Assembly: GCA_963731265.1 (NCBI GenBank) | Contig: CAVSUE010000001.1 | Location: 1,632,001 to 1,696,000 of the forward strand | Length of the DNA: 64,000 bases | Direction: 5' to 3' | Origin: an uncultured Verrucomicrobiae bacterium | Lineage (GTDB): Bacteria; Chlamydiota; Chlamydiia; Chlamydiales; Rhabdochlamydiaceae | Shown here: piece after piece, positions 40,909-50,673 of the stretch | Layout of the letters: every line of letters begins with the position of its first letter | Numbering within the stretch: the stretch's first letter is position 1 | Notes under the pieces: generated by a model | What the model was told of the DNA's origin: nothing | The model's database searches: none | Seen by the model: only the letters and a program-made list of their open reading frames with translations | Position numbers and translations under genes: made by a program

Positions 40909-41922
40909 ATTGACCCGATCGATTTTCTCTTGGATCAGGTCGGGAAGGTCGTCCCTTAACTTTCGAGTTCGGGCAATACGTTTTTTTGGAGCCGATAAGG
41001 ATGTGATGATATCCTGCAAGTTTTGAACCTGTGCTTCAAGGTCGCTGCACTGTTCTTCAAGCTCTTTCAAATCTTTAATCAACCCGAGGTTCTCTTCAGA
41101 GGAACCCAGAACCTTCTCGTCCAGGGCCTTCTGCAGGGCTAAAAATGCGTTTTCCATATGGAACAAATCTTTACGCGTTTGATTCAACGTCTCAGACTTT
41201 TCATCAAACTGCTCTCTTAACAATGCATGTTGCCGCTGCATTTGGCTCAATTGCATTTGTTCCTCAGGATCGTTTTCTTCCTGAGGAATGAATGGCTTCT
41301 CTTGATTTTTCAGTTGTATCAGCTGGCCTTGTGCATCACCGAGGGCATGCTGGAAAGCGACCTCTTTCCTTTGATAGGCAAAGCATTTCTGACTTAAATC
41401 ATCACGTTCTTTTTCCGACGCTTCCAAAGAGCGTTGCGCGGCGCTCAATCCTTTGGCGGCTTCCGCATAAAGCCGTTTCAAATGCTCTCTTTCGGCAATA
41501 TTCTTTTTATTTTCTTCCGAAAGAGAATTCAAAGACTGGCGAAGCTGCTCTTCCAACCCTTGACAGCGCTCTCGTAAAGCCATGTCCCTTTTTTCGTTCT
41601 TCTCGAAAAAAATATCCGCTTCCTGACCTCCCAAAAAAATGAGAATCCAGGAGACCCCCGTGCAGGCGGCAAGCAGCGACGACCAGAAAGGTTCAGGACC
41701 TCGGAAGATCGTGTACAAAGCAGCGGCCAAGAGAGCAGCGAGAGAAAAGTAAAAGCCTCTCTTTTTCCAAATGAGGCTCGCGGAGTAGCCGATGAAGGCG
41801 GTCATTAACAATGGCCAAAAAAAATGAGCGCATTTGTCAATGAGAACGGCATAAGCGGCTAATAAAAAAAAGGGGCCGGACTGGCTTAATAAAGATGGCT
41901 TGGCGATTTTTTGAGTCTCCAT
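40891..41922 (-). CDS. Hypothetical membrane protein with long coiled coil
   Basis: Four N-terminal TM segments, then E/K/Q/L-rich region. Confidence 0.7.
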   Translation of the reverse strand: METQKIAKPSLLSQSGPFFLLAAYAVLIDKCAHFFWPLLMTAFIGYSASLIWKKRGFYFSLAALLAAALYTIFRGPEPFWSSLLAACTGVSWILIFLGGQEADIFFEKNEKRDMALRERCQGLEEQLRQSLNSLSEENKKNIAEREHLKRLYAEAAKGLSAAQRSLEASEKERDDLSQKCFAYQRKEVAFQHALGDAQGQLIQLKNQEKPFIPQEENDPEEQMQLSQMQRQHALLREQFDEKSETLNQTRKDLFHMENAFLALQKALDEKVLGSSEENLGLIKDLKELEEQCSDLEAQVQNLQDIITSLSAPKKRIARTRKLRDDLPDLIQEKIDRVNSVEAS

Positions 41923-41940
41923 CGTCTTTCTCCTTGGAAA

Positions 41941-43320
41941 CTATGCTCCCTGTGCGTGATGCAGAATCCGTCCAATCGTCAGGAATCCTAATTCAAAGCG
42001 GTCGAGGCCAAAGTGTTCATTGGGAGCGTGAATATCATCATCCGCTAGCCCCACACCTATCATGGCCACCTCCGCTTTGCTAGTGCGAACAAGATCGACG
42101 ACGATCGGAACCGTTGCCCCGCATAAGAGGTATTTGCATGGCTTCCCAAATATCTCTTCATAGGCTAAAGACGCAAGTTTGACAATAGAAGAATCAAAAG
42201 CGCTGCGATAAGCCGGCGCCCCATGATGCACTTGGGCTTTGATTTCTATGCCTTTAGGAACTTCTTGTTGAAGATATGCATCAATTGCCTTGGCAATTTT
42301 TTCCGGGTCCTGGTTTGGGACCAGGCGGCAGGTGATTTTCGCATACGCTTTTGCGGGAATGACCGTCTTGAAGCCGGCGCCGGTATATCCTCCCCACATC
42401 CCATTGATTTCCAATGTAGGGCGAATCGAATTCGATTCTTTGATGGAAAATCCCTCTTCAGGACAAAACGCCTTGACTCCAAAATTCTGTTTGTATTGCT
42501 CTAGATCAAAAGACATATCGACGCGCGATAGTTCTTCTTTTGACAAAGGAAGAACATCATCATAAAACTGGGGTACGACCACTCTGCCTTTTTCATCCCA
42601 CATCCCCGCAAGAAGAGAGACCAGGATACGATTGGGATTCAAAGCAATTCCTCCGTGCACCCCAGAATGGAGATCTATAGAAGAATTGGCGCATTCGATG
42701 TTCATGCCCACAAGACCACGCATGCCCAAGGTAATCCCGGGTGTATGGATATTGGGAATATCGAAATCGACCACCAAAAGATAATCTGCTTGAAGCTCCG
42801 CTTCTTTTTGCTGCAAGATGGCCGCAGTCCCCCGGCCGCCCGACTCTTCCTCGCCTTCGATAAACACTTTAATGTTAAAATTAATCTCCTTGGCAAGTTC
42901 GAAAAAAGCCTTAAGGGCTGTGAGCGAATAGAAACATTGCCCTTTGTTATCGGCAGCTCCCCGAGCATAGACTTTATTATCTTTGACCACAGGCTTAAAG
43001 GGATCACTTTTCCATAGATCGAGAGGGTCGACCGGTTGGACATCGTAATGATGATAAATCAAAAGGGTTGGACGGTCCTTTCCCGCCTTCAGATGCTTCC
43101 CAAAAACAACAGGAAGCCCGGGAGTTTCCCAAAGTGAAGTTTCCAACCCAATTTTATTCATATATTCGCAAAGCCATGCAGCGGTCTTTCGAGAATCCTG
43201 TTCATTATTCGGATCGGTACTAATGCTGGGGAAACTCAAAAAAGTGAAAAAATCCCTCAATGTCTGTTCGTAATGGTCCTTGAACCATTTTTTCAGTTCT
43301 TCTATCGAAAGCGATGTCAT
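41941..43320 (-). CDS. M20 family dipeptidase
   Basis: HYDVQP, ARGAADNKGQ, EGEEESG, DLHSG, IHAPNE. Confidence 0.92.
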   Translation of the reverse strand: MTSLSIEELKKWFKDHYEQTLRDFFTFLSFPSISTDPNNEQDSRKTAAWLCEYMNKIGLETSLWETPGLPVVFGKHLKAGKDRPTLLIYHHYDVQPVDPLDLWKSDPFKPVVKDNKVYARGAADNKGQCFYSLTALKAFFELAKEINFNIKVFIEGEEESGGRGTAAILQQKEAELQADYLLVVDFDIPNIHTPGITLGMRGLVGMNIECANSSIDLHSGVHGGIALNPNRILVSLLAGMWDEKGRVVVPQFYDDVLPLSKEELSRVDMSFDLEQYKQNFGVKAFCPEEGFSIKESNSIRPTLEINGMWGGYTGAGFKTVIPAKAYAKITCRLVPNQDPEKIAKAIDAYLQQEVPKGIEIKAQVHHGAPAYRSAFDSSIVKLASLAYEEIFGKPCKYLLCGATVPIVVDLVRTSKAEVAMIGVGLADDDIHAPNEHFGLDRFELGFLTIGRILHHAQGA

Positions 43321-43459
43321 TCGTTCAGGCCTCTCTTAAAAAAAGCGGGGAAGAAAATTTGAATGTCCTAAATGACACATTCTCGAATTATTTTGCAAAG
43401 AAAATTGACGTCGACCTCGCAGAGCCCATCAAACCGAGTGGTCCCATGAGTTTACCGGC

Positions 43460-43795
43460 TCAAAAGAACAGATAACCCATGCATTGGATTAAACAATAAC
43501 CAACACCGCCTGTGATGATTGGCGCTACACAATAAAAACCAGCTTTGCGGTACTCCCCTTGAAAATATCTGCGCCACATAAAATAAATGGACGCAGGAAT
43601 AGAAAGGGGAATACTAAGGCAGACAAAAATAAAGATGACTTGAAGAAATCTCAAGCCCGTGGGGTCAAGAATCGCTACTGAAAACAGGGAAGCATATAAG
43701 AGAATCGGAAATGGCACGGAGTAAAGCAGTGTCATTATCCACAGCCACCGTCTTATTGTTTTTTTCTTATTTAGAAGAAGCTTATTATCCGTCAC
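43460..43795 (-). CDS. Hypothetical small membrane protein
   Basis: 111 aa, three hydrophobic segments. Confidence 0.55.
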   Translation of the reverse strand: MTDNKLLLNKKKTIRRWLWIMTLLYSVPFPILLYASLFSVAILDPTGLRFLQVIFIFVCLSIPLSIPASIYFMWRRYFQGEYRKAGFYCVAPIITGGVGYCLIQCMGYLFF

Positions 43796-43993
43796 GTTAT
43801 AAAACTCTCAATGGGATATCATATTTTACCAAAAAACGAGTTGTGATTTCTATTTAAAAATTAATACATGTGCGTTCTGTATTCATTTTAGCTGCAGTTA
43901 AGGGTTATCCGGTGCATATTAATTAACTATTTTCATTAAAATTTTTAATGATCTTTTGAAAAACCATTTTTTCTACGAGGAATTTCCTTGCAC

Positions 43994-44023
43994 TTGACAG
44001 CATGGCTTTATAAGAGGTAGAAT
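43994..44023 (+). promoter_or_regulatory. Putative sigma66/70 promoter of htpX
   Basis: TTGACA-18 bp-TAGAAT. Confidence 0.55.
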
Positions 44024-44048
44024 TGGCACTTACTCAAAAGGTTTTTTT

Positions 44049-44960
44049 ATGGCATTTGCAAAGCGTATTTTCTTGTTCCTGGCAGTAAACATTCTCGTTG
44101 TCGTCACGCTATCCCTCATTCTCAATCTTTTCCATGTTCAGCCCTTTTTAAATAGCTATGGACTTAATATCCAGTCCCTGTTGATTTTCTGTTTCATCTG
44201 GGGGATGGGGGGCGCCTTTATTTCTTTAGCGCTTTCTAAGCAAATGGCAAAATGGCTGATGGGTGTTCGTGTGATTGATTCTGACACCAATGATCCTGAC
44301 CTGCGCCGCCTGATCGCCACCGTTCATCAACTCGCGCGTGATGCCCAGTTGCCCGCTATGCCCGAGGTGGGAATTTTTGAATCGGCAGAACCTAATGCCT
44401 TTGCCACAGGGCCAACCAAAAAACGCTCTTTGGTCGCCGTTTCCTCTGGGCTGTTGCGTAGAATGTCGCAAAAAGAATTGGAAGGAGTGCTCGCACACGA
44501 GATCTCCCATATTTCTAATGGGGATATGGTGACGATGACGCTGATCCAAGGCGTCGTTAATGCCTTCGTCATGTTCCTTGCCCGCCTACTTGCCTATGTC
44601 TTTTCCGGAATGGGCAGAAGCCGCGATCAAGGATCATCAGGATCTTATGTCAGTTATATGATCTTCGTTTTTGTTTTCGAAGTTGTCTTTATGATCCTCG
44701 GGTCAATTGTTGTCTGCTGCTTCTCCAGATTCCGGGAATTCCGTGCCGACCGAGGCGGGGCAGATCTCGCCGGCAAAGACAAAATGATCGCCGCTCTAGA
44801 GTCGTTGCAAAAATTGCAGCAGATCCGCGATCCTCAATTAGAAAAGCCCTCATTCCAGTCGTTCAAAATATCGACCCAGAGAAAAAGCGGGTTTCTAATG
44901 CTTTTTGCCACTCACCCGCCCCTTGAGCAACGGATAGATCGTCTGCGCCTTCAGGCTTAG
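44049..44960 (+). CDS. htpX: Protease HtpX (M48)
   Basis: PNAFATG, AHEISH, NGDMVTMTL, SRFREFRAD, THPPLEQRI. Confidence 0.96.
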   Translation: MAFAKRIFLFLAVNILVVVTLSLILNLFHVQPFLNSYGLNIQSLLIFCFIWGMGGAFISLALSKQMAKWLMGVRVIDSDTNDPDLRRLIATVHQLARDAQLPAMPEVGIFESAEPNAFATGPTKKRSLVAVSSGLLRRMSQKELEGVLAHEISHISNGDMVTMTLIQGVVNAFVMFLARLLAYVFSGMGRSRDQGSSGSYVSYMIFVFVFEVVFMILGSIVVCCFSRFREFRADRGGADLAGKDKMIAALESLQKLQQIRDPQLEKPSFQSFKISTQRKSGFLMLFATHPPLEQRIDRLRLQA

Positions 44961-45609
44961 ACGGCTTATTTTTTTACGGCCTGCTTTTCCCAATACTCGT
45001 TGATGATATTGTCCACGGCACCGCGCAACTTATCATTGGCAGGGGGAAGACGATCGATGACCGATTGCGCCCACTCATAATATCTATCGATACGGGTTTG
45101 CGACCAATCGGGAGGAGGATTGCTACAAAGATCGTTGAGATTGAATAATTTGTCGGCGAGCTTGATTTGGGCAGCCCCTTTTGAGCAGATCTCGCCGGCA
45201 AAGACAAAATGATCGCCGCTCTAGAGTCGTTGCAAAAATTGCACCAGATCCGCGATCCTCAATTAGAAAAGCCGTCATTCCAGTCGTTCAAAATATCGAC
45301 CCAGAGAAAAAGCGGGTTTCTGATGCTTTTTGCCACTCACCCGCCCCTTGAGCAACGGATCGATCGTCTGCGCCTTCAGGCTTAGACGGCTTATTTTTTT
45401 ACGGCCTGCTTTTCCCAATACTCGTTGATGATATTGTCCACGGCACCGCGCAACTTATCATTGGCAGGGGGAAGACGATCGATGACCGATTGCGCCCACT
45501 CATAATATCTATCGATACGGGTTTGCGACCAATCGGGAGGAGGATTGCTACAAAGATCGTTGAGATTGAATAATTTGTCGGCGAGCTTGATTTGGGCAGC
45601 CCCTTTTGA
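44760..45609. repeat. 425-bp direct tandem duplication (44760-45184 / 45185-45609)
   Basis: Both copies run GCAGATCTCGCC...GCAGCCCCTTTTGA; 4 substitutions seen. Confidence 0.95.
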
Positions 45610-46191
45610 CTTGTGAGAAGCGTTGACTACTTGCATCCTTTTGCGGGCCTCTTGAGCAAGAGATTTATCATCGGTCAATTCTCGCACTAAGCCAGCGACT
45701 TTTTCTCCGAATTTCTTTTCGATCTCGTCAAAAGTCGTTTGGGTATCTTCAACTGTGTCATGCAGAAGCGCTCCAATGATCAGGGAGCTCTCTCTAACCT
45801 CACCGGTATTCATGAGATAATAGGCTACGCCGATGGGGTGGGAGATATAGGGAGTTTTTTCTTGATTTTTGCGCGTTTGAAAACGGTGTTTATCCGCGGC
45901 AAATTCGACACCTGCACAAATTTCTTGGATCTCTTGGGCTGTCATGCTTTTTTCTTTTTGGAAGGCTGTGGCGAGAATTTCCGCTAGATTATCGAAATTT
46001 CTCATCACAACCGGATCATTGTGAGCAAGATCCGCCAGCTTCTTTCTCGTCTCCTGAATGTTCTGAACGACCGGATTTTCTATCGTACCGCATTCCTCGG
46101 CCTCGGAAACGGAAACGTTTGGCTTTTCTTCATTGGCATGAACGAAGAGAGTCGTAGTTGCTGCTACAACTAAAGGAAATAAATATTTCAT
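45391..46191 (-). CDS. MESH1/HDDC3-like small alarmone hydrolase (HD domain) with signal peptide
   Basis: KHRFQTRK..TPYISHPIGVA, ALLHDTVEDT, LTDDKSL, IKLADKL. Confidence 0.88.
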   Translation of the reverse strand: MKYLFPLVVAATTTLFVHANEEKPNVSVSEAEECGTIENPVVQNIQETRKKLADLAHNDPVVMRNFDNLAEILATAFQKEKSMTAQEIQEICAGVEFAADKHRFQTRKNQEKTPYISHPIGVAYYLMNTGEVRESSLIIGALLHDTVEDTQTTFDEIEKKFGEKVAGLVRELTDDKSLAQEARKRMQVVNASHKSKGAAQIKLADKLFNLNDLCSNPPPDWSQTRIDRYYEWAQSVIDRLPPANDKLRGAVDNIINEYWEKQAVKK

Positions 46192-46267
46192 TTGGGGCCT
46201 CCTGTTAAATATAAAAAGAAAAGGGTACTACAGAAACCATTAAAAATAAATAGAACAAATGTTTTAA

Positions 46268-47635
46268 TTATGGAATATCTGCTAATGCGGGATTCAAACT
46301 ATCTGTTACTTTGGAAAGCAGCGCCGTAGCATGGTCAAGGGTGACGAGCTTATCATCATCCATAATAAAAACTTGATGCGGGTGGATAATGTCGCACAAA
46401 TTTTTTAAACTTTCACATTTCAAAACAATGAAATCGACTTCGGCAATAGAGGAAAGCAGCGAAACGAACTCTGCATCAGGCTCATTATCTCGGACGTAGA
46501 CGATGAGTTTCTTTTCGCTATCCCTGGAAGCGAGCTTGCGCAAGGAACGAAAAAGAGCTGTCGACATCCCGTGCGCGCTATTCAATCCTAATACGGAATA
46601 CCGTTTTCCTTTCAAAGCTTGCTGAAGCGCAAAAAGGTGTTCTTCGTCGAAGATCTTGTTTTCGACATCGAATTCCAAAAGACGTTCGGCCATTTCAGAA
46701 AGATTGATGCGTGCGCAGCCTAATCTTTCAATGGCCATTCCGGCAGCGATGTTGGCGAGCTGGGCCCCATACCTGATGTCTAAATTATTGGCGATCGCAA
46801 CACTGATCATAGAAAGAACGGTGTCGCCTGCCCCCGTGACATCTTTGACTTCTTTGGAGCGCACTGGGAAATCAAATTGCTGTCCGGCCTTGTTAAATAA
46901 AGAAATACCGGCCTCGGAGCGGGTAACTATAAGCATTTCCACTCCGCAGTTCTGCAAAATCACACTGGCGATCTGGTCGAGAGGGACTTCTTGAGGAAGT
47001 TTTGCCGCAGCATAAGCTTCTGCGAGATTGGGTTTGATCACCGTAGCGCCAGAATATTTTGAAAAATCTTCCCCCTTAGGATCGACGATGACAGGAATCC
47101 CTTTTTGGGTGGCCATTTCGATTGTTTTTTTGAGGAGATTTCGCGGTAGAAATCCTTTGCCGTAATCAGAAATTGCCACGATCTGAACCTTTTCCATAAG
47201 AGGAGGGAGCCTTTCTAAAATTTCCGCTTCGATTTGATCGGGCAAAAGACTTATTGTTTCATGGTCGACTCGCAAAATTTGCTGCGCATCCGCAATCAGT
47301 CGATTTTTAACCGGTGTCTTGTATCCTTTTTGCAGCATCAGATTCTCGATATTGACTCCTTCTCTCTCGAGAGCTCCTCGAAGCTCATCTCCAGCGAAGT
47401 CGTAACCGATCCTACCCACCGCGATCACACCCGCGCCGAGCGAAATCAAATTGAGGACGACGTTCCCAGCGCCCCCAGGGCGGCTTTCTTCTTTCTGTAC
47501 ATGAAGAACCGAGACTGGGGCTTCAGGAGAAATCCGTTTGACCTTACCTGTTGTGTAAGTGTCGAGCATGAAATCGCCAATCACCAACACACGCACAGGC
47601 CTAAACCGGCTCAACATCCCGCTGAGTTTTACCAT
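46268..47635 (-). CDS. hldE: Heptose-7-phosphate kinase (RfaE/HldE) with degenerate C-terminal adenylyltransferase domain
   Basis: RISPEAPV, GGAGNV, SDYGKG, VDPKG, DVTGAGDT. Confidence 0.88.
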   Translation of the reverse strand: MVKLSGMLSRFRPVRVLVIGDFMLDTYTTGKVKRISPEAPVSVLHVQKEESRPGGAGNVVLNLISLGAGVIAVGRIGYDFAGDELRGALEREGVNIENLMLQKGYKTPVKNRLIADAQQILRVDHETISLLPDQIEAEILERLPPLMEKVQIVAISDYGKGFLPRNLLKKTIEMATQKGIPVIVDPKGEDFSKYSGATVIKPNLAEAYAAAKLPQEVPLDQIASVILQNCGVEMLIVTRSEAGISLFNKAGQQFDFPVRSKEVKDVTGAGDTVLSMISVAIANNLDIRYGAQLANIAAGMAIERLGCARINLSEMAERLLEFDVENKIFDEEHLFALQQALKGKRYSVLGLNSAHGMSTALFRSLRKLASRDSEKKLIVYVRDNEPDAEFVSLLSSIAEVDFIVLKCESLKNLCDIIHPHQVFIMDDDKLVTLDHATALLSKVTDSLNPALADIP

Positions 47636-48618
47636 CGTCGGTCCTCAAGTAAGTAGTTCTTCACATAATCGGCGACGCCCTCTTCAATGGTATATTTGCA
47701 TAGGGCTTTTGTATGTTTTTTATATTTGACCATATCGGCGCAAGTGTAGTTCTGATATTGCTTGACCAAATCGCTAGGCATATCGATATATTCGATTTGC
47801 GGTGGCTTGTCGAGAGCTTTGAATACTGCCTTGGCAAGTGCATTCCATGTCGTCGTCTCCCCCGACCCGATATTAAAAATCCCGGTGATATCATTTTCCA
47901 AAAAATCGCAGGTCATTCGTACAGCATCTTTGACATAGATAAAATCCCGGCATTGGTCGCCATCGGCAAAAAGTTGTGGCCGGGAAGATTTGAATAAACG
48001 TATTCTTCCCTCATTTTGCACAATCGGTAACATTTTGTAGACCATGGAAGCCATGCGCCCTTTGTGATTCTCATTCGGGCCGAAAACATTGAAGTACTTC
48101 AAACCGACAATCTTATCCAAAATTCCTTGCTGCTTCGCCCATAGATCAAAATAATACTTGGAAAATCCATACAGATTGAGCGGCCTTAATTCTTCCAGAC
48201 TCGCATGATCATCGGTAAAGCCCAAAGCCCCGTCGCCATAGGTCGCTGCAGAGGACGCATAGATGAAGCGCTGCCCGTGTTTCATCGCATATTCCGCTAA
48301 CCGGACACTATAACGGAAATTATTTTCCATGAGGTAATTACCGTCATTTTCCATCGTATCTGAACAAGCGCCCAAATGAATAAAGGCCTGTACATTTTTT
48401 TCTCTTCCTTCGAGCCATTGAAAAAGATCACCCCGCGAAATGAAATCGATGCACTTTTTGTTCAATAGATTTTTCCATTTCTCTGTCTTCTTAATATCGT
48501 CGACAAGAACAAGATTCGCCATGCCTCGATCATTCAAGTGTTTGACGGTACAGGAACCGATGAACCCTGAAGCCCCGGTAACGACGATCAGTTGCCCCTT
48601 ATTGGTTTTTGTTTGCAT
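47629..48618 (-). CDS. hldD: ADP-L-glycero-D-manno-heptose 6-epimerase
   Basis: VTGASGFIGS, HLGACSDT, YASSAATYG, PLNLYGFSK, HKGRMAS, RDFIYVKD. Confidence 0.95.
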   Translation of the reverse strand: MQTKTNKGQLIVVTGASGFIGSCTVKHLNDRGMANLVLVDDIKKTEKWKNLLNKKCIDFISRGDLFQWLEGREKNVQAFIHLGACSDTMENDGNYLMENNFRYSVRLAEYAMKHGQRFIYASSAATYGDGALGFTDDHASLEELRPLNLYGFSKYYFDLWAKQQGILDKIVGLKYFNVFGPNENHKGRMASMVYKMLPIVQNEGRIRLFKSSRPQLFADGDQCRDFIYVKDAVRMTCDFLENDITGIFNIGSGETTTWNALAKAVFKALDKPPQIEYIDMPSDLVKQYQNYTCADMVKYKKHTKALCKYTIEEGVADYVKNYLLEDRRW

Positions 48619-48643
48619 ACAGCCTTAGTGAATTGTGGGCACT

Positions 48644-48693
48644 TATACCGGACTCGGCCATAAAAATCTAAGTTTATGGCCGAGTCCGGTATA
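48644..48693. repeat. Perfect 21-bp-stem hairpin bounded by TATA
   Basis: TATACCGGACTCGGCCATAAA / TTTATGGCCGAGTCCGGTATA. Confidence 0.85.
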
Positions 48694-48871
48694 GCTCGAC
48701 TTTGTAACTTTTGGGCCGAAGGACTCGAAATATTTGCTCTGGGAGATTATTTAAAACGGAAGGGGTTTTAACCCCTTCCGTTTTAAATAATCTCCCAGTT
48801 CGACTATAGGTCGAACGGCCAAGAGTAAATAGACCAGACAATCGGACCCAAAAGTTACCAAGTCGAGCTTA
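48692..48871. repeat. Family E element with nested F hairpin (48739-48798)
   Basis: Reverse-oriented homolog of 38361-38544. Confidence 0.9.
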
Positions 48872-48982
48872 GGATAATATAACAGAGACAAGAAAATCTT
48901 GCCAACTGGAGTAAAAAAAGCCCGTTGAATTTTGTCATGGACGCGTGATACAATTCTGTACAAAAAAGGCAAATAATTTTTT

Positions 48983-50494
48983 ATGAGAAAAAAAATAAAG
49001 ACGGTATTCGTTGTGATCTGTTCAGCTATTTTTTCAACAACAGGGAATTGTGCAACCCACCCTGAAAATGTTTCTCTTGAACTCGAAGAAGAAAGCATCC
49101 GCTCTTCACTCCGCACGGAAGGGGAAATTCCTTCCTGGCTTTCAGGGACATTGGTTAGAAATGGACCTATCGTTGTTACGATCGACGATAAGACGAATGA
49201 ACATTGGTTCGACGGCCTGGCTATGCTGCATGCTTTTTCTTTTGATCAGGGCAATGTCATCTACTCCAATCAGTTTTTGCGTACCGATGCCTATCGCACG
49301 GTCTTCGAAGAAGCGAGAATGAATTATAGCGGATTTGCTACCGATCCTTGCCAATCGATTTTCAAGCGTCTCTTCACTTGGTTATTTCCCTCCTCGACAT
49401 ATCCTCTTCACAACGCTAACGTCAACATTGCAAAAATTGCCAATCAATACGTGGCGCTGACTGAAATCCCTCTGCCAGTTAAGTTCGATCTCAAAAGCCT
49501 GGAAACGCTCGGCGTTTTCGAATTCCAGGACAACCTTCCAAAGGATCGCTGTTGGGAATCCGCCCACCCTCACTACGATCCCATCCGGAAAGAAACGATC
49601 AACTATTTAATCCAATACGGGCCGACGAGCTATTATACTTTCTATCGCTTGGAAGATGGGTCTTCTGAAAGAAAAGTTTTTGCGGAAATCCCTGTAGCAA
49701 AACCTTCTTATATGCACAGCTTTGCGCTGACAGAAAATTTTATTGTCCTTACTGAATTTCCTTTCCGAGTCAATCCTATCAACCTAATTTTAACGAACCA
49801 GCCGTTCATTAAGAATTTCTATTGGGAACCTGAGAGTGGTACTCGATTTATTGTCATTGACAGGTTTACAGGAGAAGTGATCAAGGAATACACCACCGAC
49901 TCCTTTTTTGCTTTTCACCATGTTGCGGCTTTTGAAAAAGAGGATCAATTAATTGTTGATATGGTCTGTTTCGATGATGCTAAAATCATCACGGAAATTG
50001 CTGATCATTTTAAACCAAATAGAAATAAAGTAGATAAAGAAACTGCACGTTACATGAGGTACACGCTTTCTAAAAAGGGGGAAATACGCTCCGAACTTTT
50101 CTTTCAAAATGCTATTGAGTTCCCAAAGATTGACGGGCGCCTCGATGGCCGACCTTTTCGTTATGCCTACCTTTCCGATCCTGGAAGCCCGGAACAAAAA
50201 GAAGACATTCGACCTCTTTATAAATTGGATACGGAGACAAAAAAAATTTTACACTGGAGTCAAAAAGGGTGCTATCCTGGGGAGCTGATTTTTATTCCCC
50301 ATCCCGGGTCAACGGTTGAAGATGAAGGTGTGGTGATGACAATCGTTTTAGATCGTCTGAACAACACCTCTTTCCTTCTTATCCTGGATGCGAAGACCTT
50401 CAAAGAAATCGGGCGAGCAGTTGCTCCTTACCCGATTCCACCAGGGTTTCATGCCAATTTTTTCAACAAAGAATCCGATCTGTCTGGCAATTGA
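48983..50494 (+). CDS. Carotenoid oxygenase (RPE65/BCO family) with N-terminal signal-like segment
   Basis: GEIPSWLSGTLVRNGP, HWFDGLAMLH, candidate Fe-ligand His in SAHPH, YMHSF, FHH, GFH; EDEG. Confidence 0.92.
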   Translation: MRKKIKTVFVVICSAIFSTTGNCATHPENVSLELEEESIRSSLRTEGEIPSWLSGTLVRNGPIVVTIDDKTNEHWFDGLAMLHAFSFDQGNVIYSNQFLRTDAYRTVFEEARMNYSGFATDPCQSIFKRLFTWLFPSSTYPLHNANVNIAKIANQYVALTEIPLPVKFDLKSLETLGVFEFQDNLPKDRCWESAHPHYDPIRKETINYLIQYGPTSYYTFYRLEDGSSERKVFAEIPVAKPSYMHSFALTENFIVLTEFPFRVNPINLILTNQPFIKNFYWEPESGTRFIVIDRFTGEVIKEYTTDSFFAFHHVAAFEKEDQLIVDMVCFDDAKIITEIADHFKPNRNKVDKETARYMRYTLSKKGEIRSELFFQNAIEFPKIDGRLDGRPFRYAYLSDPGSPEQKEDIRPLYKLDTETKKILHWSQKGCYPGELIFIPHPGSTVEDEGVVMTIVLDRLNNTSFLLILDAKTFKEIGRAVAPYPIPPGFHANFFNKESDLSGN

Positions 50495-50529
50495 TTGACC
50501 AGACAGAGCTGGGATTATTTTTTAATATA

Positions 50530-50656
50530 AACTCGACTTTGTAACTTTTTGGGTCCGAAGGACTCGAAATATTTATTCTCGACTGTTCGACCATTAGTCG
50601 AACAGCAGAGAGTAAATAGGTGAGGGAGGCAGTCCCAAAAGCGCAAAGTCGAGATA
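50530..50656. repeat. Family E element without F
   Basis: ACTCGACTTTGTAACTTTTTGGG...CCCAAAAGCGCAAAGTCGAGAT; same orientation as 48692. Confidence 0.9.
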
Positions 50657-50673
50657 GAGCCTTAGGAAAAAAA

